32,594 nt of DNA from an uncultured Actinomycetota bacterium (lineage in GTDB: Bacteria > Actinomycetota > Humimicrobiia > Humimicrobiales > Humimicrobiaceae), in NCBI GenBank assembly GCA_964560595.1, contig CAZLME010000003.1, positions 1 to 32,594 on the forward strand. The letters are read 5' to 3'. Below, one piece after another: positions 26,934 to 32,594 of this stretch (the first letter of the stretch is position 1; each line of letters opens with the position of its first letter). Position numbers and translations under genes: made by a program. The notes beneath the pieces are model-generated. The model was not told the origin of the DNA. It searched no databases and saw only the letters and a list, made by a program, of their open reading frames with translations.

Positions 26934-27224
26934 TTGATTTTAATTTTTAAAAAAAACAAAGGGATAATTAAAAGGAAAGGAGTAAATCTTATAAAAATTC
27001 AAATTCTGGGCTCGGGATGTCCCAAATGCAGGAAAACTGAAGCTAATGCAAGGGAAGCGGTAGATAATCTGGAAATCGATGCGGTTATCGAAAAGATTAC
27101 AGACATAAATCAAATAATTGATTTTGGGGTAACCGTTACCCCTGCGCTTGCTGTAGATGGAGATGTAAAGTTTTCAGGGAAGATACCCTCTGTAGAGGAA
27201 ATAGAAGAGGTATTGAAAAAATAA
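26934..27224 (+). CDS. thioredoxin-like redox-active disulfide protein 2 family; start codon uncertain
   Basis: The core reads IKIQILGSGCPKCRKTEANAREAV...TPALAVDGDVKFSGKIPSVEEIEEVL. The only canonical start is TTG at 26934. The SD AAAGGAAAGGAG (26971-26982) is spaced for the ATA codon at 26991, where I recall the family Met lying. Confidence 0.7.
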   Translation: MILIFKKNKGIIKRKGVNLIKIQILGSGCPKCRKTEANAREAVDNLEIDAVIEKITDINQIIDFGVTVTPALAVDGDVKFSGKIPSVEEIEEVLKK

Positions 27225-27239
27225 TCCGGAAAGGTTTAG

Positions 27240-27404
27240 GAGATAGAAAAAAGAGGACTGCCATTATTTGAAAAATTTTTAACATTATGGGTACTTCTGT
27301 GTATTGGCGCAGGGGTTGCCATAGGGAGATTTTTACCCGTAATACCTAAAACCCTCAGCCGTTTTAAGTATGACAGTGTATCCATACCTGTAGTCATAGA
27401 TTGA
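27240..27404 (+). pseudogene. ACR3-type arsenite efflux pump, N-terminal stub only (about 54 codons)
   Basis: My hand translation is EIEKRGLPLFEKFLTLWVLLCIGAGVAIGRFLPVIPKTLSRFKYDSVSIPVVID-stop. It matches the ACR3 N-terminus pattern (LSF.DRYLTLW......G...G...P.........SIP.AI). It has no canonical start and ends at TGA 27402-27404. The remaining roughly 300 codons are absent. Confidence 0.65.
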
Positions 27405-27500
27405 TGGCTGTCCGGTCAAATGTGCTTTCCAGATAGTATCAAAATTTACTGATAAAAAGCCAAGCCTGGATATCCAGATTATGGAACAGTATGCAATATT

Positions 27501-27962
27501 GTGGCAAATCCTAATATCAGGTATTTGGTATTAGCCGGTCCTGAATCCGAAGGTCATTTAACCTGTGAAACTTTAAAGGCATTAATTAAAAATGGAATTG
27601 ACAGCAAAAAAAGAATAATCGGCACCAATTCACCGCATCCTTTTTTATATAATATTCCAGTAGAATTTGTAGAGAGATTCAGAAAACAGCTGACTTTAAT
27701 TGACCTGCAATTTGAGGGTGACCCGGAAGTAATAAGAAAAGCTGTCTGGGCTTGCTATCAGGAAGAACCGGTTGAGTTTAGGGGTTATAGTTTATATGAC
27801 ATTGGTGCCTACTCAGAGGAACCTTTAAGCGACAAAATTACCTGGCGTATTACAATGCCATGGGCAGTTCCGGAAGATGATAAGGAAAAAGAGGCCCTGG
27901 AGCGGGCAAAGGAACTTTTAAATAAGTTAAGGGAAAAATACGGGAAAAAAGATTCACAGTAA
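27501..27962 (+). CDS. MtrA-like corrinoid-binding module, truncated at the N-terminus relative to archaeal MtrA (possible pseudogene)
   Basis: NPNIRYLVLAGPESEGHLTCETLKALIKNGID..RIIG...PHPFLYNIP.EFVERFRKQLTLIDL matches my recollection of MtrA (NPNIRF.ILCG.E..GHITGQ..KAL..NG......IIG..GAIPF.EN....AVERFR.Q). The start is GTG. About 60 N-terminal residues of the fold are missing or degenerate. Confidence 0.6.
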   Translation: MANPNIRYLVLAGPESEGHLTCETLKALIKNGIDSKKRIIGTNSPHPFLYNIPVEFVERFRKQLTLIDLQFEGDPEVIRKAVWACYQEEPVEFRGYSLYDIGAYSEEPLSDKITWRITMPWAVPEDDKEKEALERAKELLNKLREKYGKKDSQ

Positions 27963-28026
27963 TAATTGGTAATTATTTTGATTTTTTATTCTTAAGCAAT
28001 AGTAGATAAAAAACTTTAATAAAACC

Positions 28027-28953
28027 TTATTCTTGTATTTTATAAGATTTCTTTTTTGCCTTAAAACTGAGATAGAGCAGGAATAGTATTATAAAAACGC
28101 TTGCTATGGCACCGGGAATTGATGCCATTTCTCCATATAAAGCCAGCGCGGTAGCCGCGGCGAAACCAGTATTTTTGGTAGTTCCAAAAAGAATAATAGG
28201 GCCTGATAGGCTGCGGCTGATTTTTAATTTTTTAGTTATAAATTCATACAATAAACCCAGTCCTGTTATAGTTACAAAACAGATCAATGAGATTCTTCCA
28301 AGCATCTCTGGATTGTCAAAGAAGACGCTGCGGTTAAGTCCTATTATTGTAAAAATTACCACAAACAAACCCCAGTTTACGACAGGTCCCCTGAATTTTA
28401 ATATATGCCTGTCAATTTTAATCTTTATAAATATCTGTGACAGGATTAGCGGGATTATTATTAATGTGGTAAAAACAGTAATAAGCCTTAAAGGCTGAAT
28501 AAAACTCTGTCCCACTAAAGCCAGCCCTGCTGCCGGCATTATGATAAGTGCCGCTATATATGAGCCGATTACTCCAATCAGTGAAAATTTTACATCACCG
28601 CCCATTATACGGGCGAATGGAGGTATGGCTACTCCGGGCGGAGCAAAAGCTATAATAACAAATCCAATCCATAGCTCTCTTTCCGGGATAAGAAACCAGG
28701 CCATGGTAAGCATAACAAGAGCAAAAATAAAATAATTTAGCAGTATGGAAAGCAGCACTGGTTTTATAGCATTTTTTAGCGGAAGAAATGATTTTATAGG
28801 AATCTCTGTCATGGATACTGTCATTAGCACAGCCAGAGCGGGGAGTGTTAGATGTTTCGTCCAGCTGCCGATATATCCTCCTATGGACAAACCAAGAATA
28901 AAAGCTAATGCAAAGATAAAATTTCTATTTTTAAATACCTTTATTAAAAACAT
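28027..28953 (-). CDS. bile acid:Na+ symporter (BASS/SBF-like) superfamily transporter
   Basis: 308 aa and polytopic. AFAPPGVAIPPFARIMGGDVKFSL resembles the BASS signature (..P.G..S........GD..LS.). The subfamily is not assignable by eye. Confidence 0.6.
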   Translation of the reverse strand: MFLIKVFKNRNFIFALAFILGLSIGGYIGSWTKHLTLPALAVLMTVSMTEIPIKSFLPLKNAIKPVLLSILLNYFIFALVMLTMAWFLIPERELWIGFVIIAFAPPGVAIPPFARIMGGDVKFSLIGVIGSYIAALIIMPAAGLALVGQSFIQPLRLITVFTTLIIIPLILSQIFIKIKIDRHILKFRGPVVNWGLFVVIFTIIGLNRSVFFDNPEMLGRISLICFVTITGLGLLYEFITKKLKISRSLSGPIILFGTTKNTGFAAATALALYGEMASIPGAIASVFIILFLLYLSFKAKKKSYKIQE

Positions 28954-29195
28954 ACAATATTAATTTACTATTTTAATGCTTTATTGTGAATGTTATTTAT
29001 AAATATGTTTTAAATTCTACGATTTTTCTTTTAACCGGATTTGCTGGATAATTATCATATTTCTTTTATTTAAACTAAATAAATTGAATGTATCGGGATT
29101 TTTTGCCTGAATTAAGAAGAAAATATTGAAATTTTAAGTTGTTTTTATGGAATATTAAAATTTTTTATAATAAATATAATATTTTTTTAAAAAAA

Positions 29196-29204
29196 TGATA
29201 TAAT
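29196..29204 (+). promoter_or_regulatory. extended -10 element TGaTATAAT
   Basis: It lies about 85 nt upstream of the first synthase gene. No clear -35 was found. Confidence 0.35.
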
Positions 29205-29288
29205 TACAGTTAAAATTATAAAAAAATATGTTTTTTGCATTTTTTTTTGCATTTTTTTACTATTTACATGTAGTGAGAGGTGACATTA

Positions 29289-30512
29289 ATGAGAGAAATA
29301 GATCTATTTACAGAATTTTCCCGGAAAGCGGGGACTGAAATTAACCCGAATGATATAAAGATAGATGATACCACATTAAGAGACGGCGAGCAGACTGCGG
29401 GAGTGGTATTTGCCAATGAAGAAAAAATACATATAGCAAAGATGCTGGATAAAATAGGGGTTCATCAAATAGAGGCGGGAATACCAGCAATGGGCGGAGA
29501 CGAGAAAGAAGCAATTAAAAAGATTGCTTCGCTCGGCCTGAGCTGCAGCATACTCGGGTGGAACAGGGCTGTTAAATCAGATATAGATGCTTCAGTTGAA
29601 TGCGGCGTTGATGCGGTGGCCATTTCCATATCTTCTTCTGACATACATATTGAGCATAAGCTCAGAAAAAGCAGAGAATGGGTTCTTGAAAGTGTTAAGA
29701 CCTGCGTGGATTATGCAAAGGGATTCAATCTTTATGTCTCGGTAAATGCAGAAGATGCTTCACGTTCAGATATGGAATTTCTTTTATCATTTGCAAGGAC
29801 CGCAAGAGATGCCGGGGCAGACAGGTTGAGATATTGCGATACCCTGGGCACTCTTGACCCTTTTGAAACTTTTATAAGGGTAAAAAACATAATTGATATT
29901 ATGGGGATAGATGTAGAAATGCATACCCATAATGATTTTGGAATGGCCATTGCCAATGCCATAGCAGGTATTAAGGCAGGGGCAATTTATGTTAACACTA
30001 CTATTAACGGGCTGGGTGAAAGAGCGGGAAACGCTGCATTTGAGGAGCTTGTCATGGCTCTTAAGTATATTGAAGGAGTGGATATGGGTTTCGATACTAC
30101 TCTTTTCAGGTCGTTATCCGAATATGTTGCAAGAGCCTCAGACAGAGTTCTTCCTACCTGGAAGCCGATTGTAGGCGGGAACTTATTTGTTTACGAAGCC
30201 GAGAGTAAAGCTTCGGGGGTTCTGGCTAATCCCCAGACCTATGAATTGTTTAATGAGAATGAGGTCGGACTGGAGCGGAAAATAATACTTGGTAAATATT
30301 CGGGTGTAAATACCATAATTTATAAATTAAATGCACTCGGTATCAAAATCAGCCATAAAGAAGCGGAAGAACTGGCAGAAATCATAAGAGATAAGACAAC
30401 AGCTCTTAAAAGAGCCCTTTTTGATAGCGAAATCATCGAGACCTATAAGTCTTATAAAGGCAAGCCAGGTAAGAGTAAAGTAGAAAAAGCCGGTAAAAAG
30501 GGAGGAAAGTAA
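29289..30512 (+). CDS. homocitrate/2-isopropylmalate/citramalate synthase family protein, paralog 1 (metal site intact, HxxGIH motif lost)
   Basis: I chose the ATG at 29289, 9 nt after GAGAGG. Motifs are TTLRDGEQTAGV, EMHTHNDFGMA and NGLGERAGNAA. The conserved F.HE.GIH.DG position reads FVYEAESKASGV. Confidence 0.85.
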   Translation: MREIDLFTEFSRKAGTEINPNDIKIDDTTLRDGEQTAGVVFANEEKIHIAKMLDKIGVHQIEAGIPAMGGDEKEAIKKIASLGLSCSILGWNRAVKSDIDASVECGVDAVAISISSSDIHIEHKLRKSREWVLESVKTCVDYAKGFNLYVSVNAEDASRSDMEFLLSFARTARDAGADRLRYCDTLGTLDPFETFIRVKNIIDIMGIDVEMHTHNDFGMAIANAIAGIKAGAIYVNTTINGLGERAGNAAFEELVMALKYIEGVDMGFDTTLFRSLSEYVARASDRVLPTWKPIVGGNLFVYEAESKASGVLANPQTYELFNENEVGLERKIILGKYSGVNTIIYKLNALGIKISHKEAEELAEIIRDKTTALKRALFDSEIIETYKSYKGKPGKSKVEKAGKKGGK

Positions 30513-31687
30513 TGGCCAAAAAAAAGGATAAAAGGCATATAAATATAATTGACACTACTTTAAGGAATGGAGAACAAACGGCAGGGGTGGTTTTTTCCAA
30601 ACATGAAAAAATCAGGATAGCTAAAATGCTTGACGAGATAGGTATTCCTGAAATCGAGATAGGCACCCCTTCTCTGGGAGATGTTGAAAGAAAGATAGTT
30701 AAGGAAATTTTAAAGGATAGTTTTAATTCCAGATTGTTTGTTTATTGTGAGGCCGAACCGGAGAATATAGAATATGCAGTTAAGTGCGGGGCAAAAAATG
30801 TGATTATTAACATTTCTACTTCCGATATACATATCAAGGAAAAATATAAAAAGAATAAAACATGGGTTATAAACAAGCTAAGGGAGGCCATAAGAACTGC
30901 CCGTCAAAATGGACTAAACTTTATAATTAGCGCCGAAGATGCTACGCGTACTGATCTTGGATTCCTGCTAAGATTAATATCTATCGCCAGTAAAAAAGGT
31001 GCATATAGATTCAGGATCTGTGATACAGTAAGCAGACTGGACCCTTTTAGGACATTCTTGGATATAAGCACTATTTCAAGTGCTGCGGACCTTCCAATAG
31101 AAGTATATAACCATAACGATTTTGGAATGGCAACTGCAAATGGAATGGCGGCAATAAGAGGAGGTGCCTCAAGCCTTGTAGTTAGCGTGGGTGGATTGGG
31201 TGAAGGAACCGGCAATGCTGCAATGGAAGAAATTGTAATGGCCTTAAGGTATCTTGAAAACATAGAGCTGGGCATAGAAACATCAAGATTCAGGGAAATT
31301 GCCGAATATGTAGCAAGAGCCTCTTCAAGGGCTGTTCCTGTATGGAAGGCAATTGTGGGTACAAATGTGTTTGCTCATGAATCGGGCATACACGTGGATG
31401 GAGTTATAAAAAATCCAAGAAATTATGAAATATTCAACCCGAGCGAAGTGGGATTGACCAGACAGCTTGTTGTGGGTAAACACTCCGGTTCACATACAAT
31501 TTTGCATAAATTTAAAGAGTTTAATATAGAGCTTACCGATAAGCAGGCAAACGAGATACTGGCCCTGGCAAGGGATATGTCCGTAGATTTTAAAAGACCT
31601 CTTTTTGATAAGGAACTTATGTATATTTACAATGAATTTAAAAAGAAAAACAAAAGCAAAAAAAAAGAACCGGAAAATCAAGAATAG
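30512..31687 (+). CDS. homocitrate/2-isopropylmalate/citramalate synthase family protein, paralog 2 (metal ligands substituted, HESGIH motif intact)
   Basis: The ATG overlaps the paralog 1 stop (TAATG). Motifs are TTLRNGEQTAGV (D to N), EVYNHNDFGMA (first H to Y), GGLGEGTGNAA (R to G) and an intact FAHESGIHVDGV. Confidence 0.85.
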   Translation: MAKKKDKRHINIIDTTLRNGEQTAGVVFSKHEKIRIAKMLDEIGIPEIEIGTPSLGDVERKIVKEILKDSFNSRLFVYCEAEPENIEYAVKCGAKNVIINISTSDIHIKEKYKKNKTWVINKLREAIRTARQNGLNFIISAEDATRTDLGFLLRLISIASKKGAYRFRICDTVSRLDPFRTFLDISTISSAADLPIEVYNHNDFGMATANGMAAIRGGASSLVVSVGGLGEGTGNAAMEEIVMALRYLENIELGIETSRFREIAEYVARASSRAVPVWKAIVGTNVFAHESGIHVDGVIKNPRNYEIFNPSEVGLTRQLVVGKHSGSHTILHKFKEFNIELTDKQANEILALARDMSVDFKRPLFDKELMYIYNEFKKKNKSKKKEPENQE

Positions 31688-31701
31688 GATTGGAGGTTTT
31701 G

Positions 31702-32594
31702 TTGAATCAAACAATTTCTGAGAAAATACTAAGCGAACATGCCGGCAGGGAACTTAAAGCAGGAGATATTGCAGTTGTTGATGTAGATGTAATAATGTCC
31801 CAGGACGGAACGGGTCCCCTGGCAGTCAGCCAGCTTAAAAGAATGGGTTTTAGCACAGTAAAAAAGCCTGAAAAATCTATTTTTTTCATTGACCATGCGG
31901 CACCCAGCCCCGGTAAAGAGCTTTCCAACTCCCATGCCGTATTAAGGGATTTTGCAGTGCAGGCGGGAGCAGTGATAAGCGATGTAGGAAAAGGAATATG
32001 CCACCAGATTCTCGTTGAATCATATGCCTGTCCGGGTGATATTGTTATCGGCGGAGATTCCCATACCTGTACATCCGGAGCGCTGGGAGCTTTTGCAACT
32101 GGAATGGGTTCCACGGATATTGCGGTTGGATACGCTCTTGCTAAAACCTGGCTTATGGTTCCGGAGACAATAAAGATAAATTTTAACGGGAAGACAAATA
32201 AAGGTGTGTTTGCAAAAGATTTAATTATTTATTTGATCGGAAAAATTACTTCGGACGGCGCAACCTATAAGTCTTTAGAGTTTGGCGGTGAACTTTTAGA
32301 AAAATTTAGCATTGATGACAGGTTCACTATTTCAAATATGGCAGTTGAAGCAGGAGCAAAAACAGGCATATTTCCATCTGATAATGTTATCCTGGGATAT
32401 TTGAAAAATCAGGGGCGGGGAAATTGTTTCAGGGAAATATATCCGGATAAAGGTGCAGTTTATGAGCAAACCATAGATATCAATTGTTCAGTTATTGAAC
32501 CTATGGTTTCCCAGCCTCATACTGTTGATAATGCTTTACCGGTAAGCTCACTGGAGAAAATTAAAATTGACCAGGTATTTATAGGAACCTGTAC
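31702..32594 (+). CDS. aconitase-family dehydratase large subunit (3-isopropylmalate / homoaconitate / methylmalate dehydratase), 3' end outside window
   Basis: This ORF is not in the ORF track because no stop is reached. A TTG start (31702, or 31699) follows GGAGG (31692-31696). My hand translation contains IGGDSHTCTSGALGAFATGMGSTD, NMAVEAGAK and ends in VFIGTC. Confidence 0.9.
   Translation, partial: MNQTISEKILSEHAGRELKAGDIAVVDVDVIMSQDGTGPLAVSQLKRMGFSTVKKPEKSIFFIDHAAPSPGKELSNSHAVLRDFAVQAGAVISDVGKGICHQILVESYACPGDIVIGGDSHTCTSGALGAFATGMGSTDIAVGYALAKTWLMVPETIKINFNGKTNKGVFAKDLIIYLIGKITSDGATYKSLEFGGELLEKFSIDDRFTISNMAVEAGAKTGIFPSDNVILGYLKNQGRGNCFREIYPDKGAVYEQTIDINCSVIEPMVSQPHTVDNALPVSSLEKIKIDQVFIGTC

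Noticed and set aside
27402-27455. In-frame TGA/TGA/TAA stops as evidence of stop-codon reassignment or selenocysteine.
   Set aside because: TGA is the stop of several well-supported genes here (the PrsA-like gene, mazG, ppx, the TetR gene and arsR). One of the three stops is TAA, and about 25 residues of the expected fold are missing. Decay is the simpler explanation.
28954-29288. T-box or leader-peptide attenuator ahead of the LeuA-family genes.
   Set aside because: I could find no specifier or antiterminator-style stems, no G+C-rich hairpin followed by a T run, and no Leu- or Ile-rich mini-ORF. The region is A/T homopolymer-rich.
31707-32114. 135-aa minus-strand ORF listed in the track.
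   Set aside because: It is antisense to an unmistakable aconitase-family frame (GGDSHTCTSGALGAF, NMAVEAGAK). That frame is missing from the track only because it runs off the window end.
1-32594. CRISPR arrays, rRNA genes, or transposase/integrase genes anywhere in the window.
   Set aside because: I saw no regularly spaced direct repeats of 24-40 bp, no rRNA-like tracts, and no ORF with DDE, tyrosine-recombinase or serine-recombinase motifs.

Overview
This is a visibly AT-rich bacterial window. Hand counts of sample 60-nt lines give about 23-37% G+C. The core gene order is Firmicutes-like. Gene products below are called from motifs read in the supplied translations; no database search was run.

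**Layout**
- 1-12.7 kb is an ordinary housekeeping block: prs (5'-truncated by the window edge), ctc/L25, pth, mfd, a PrsA/SurA-like lipoprotein PPIase, mazG and pyk. It continues with ktrB-ktrA on the minus strand, an FtsB/DivIC-like protein, a Ppx/GppA phosphatase and tRNA-Leu(TAA).
- 12.76-17.65 kb is an accessory islet directly downstream of the tRNA. A 70-bp imperfect direct repeat brackets a TetR regulator and an LCM-type SAM methyltransferase. These are followed by a single compositionally foreign gene (one sampled line is 57% G+C; tentatively DUF4861-like), a Lys-rich hypothetical protein and a PEBP/YbhB protein. No integrase or transposase is present.
- 17.67-22.32 kb on the minus strand is a tightly packed five-gene unit: [NiFe] hydrogenase small subunit, large subunit, MetV, MetF and a hydrogenase maturation endopeptidase.
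- 22.7-25.1 kb carries archease, RtcB and a small membrane protein, bracketed by two related palindromes.
- 25.3-28.0 kb is an ars-like cluster: ArsR, an ArsP-type permease and a thioredoxin-like protein. It ends in a decayed junction made of an ACR3 N-terminal stub and an N-terminally truncated MtrA-like corrinoid module.
- 28.0-32.6 kb holds a BASS-like transporter, two tandem homocitrate/isopropylmalate-synthase paralogs and the start of an aconitase-family dehydratase large subunit.

**Main candidates**
1. The strongest candidate for an undescribed system is the hydrogenase-MetVF operon. It may encode an H2-dependent methylene-tetrahydrofolate reductase, with none of the usual Hdr/MvhD/RnfC partners in the block.
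2. The second is the synthase paralog pair. Their catalytic motif losses are reciprocal, which suggests an obligate heterodimer.

No CRISPR array, rRNA or recognisable mobile-element gene was seen.
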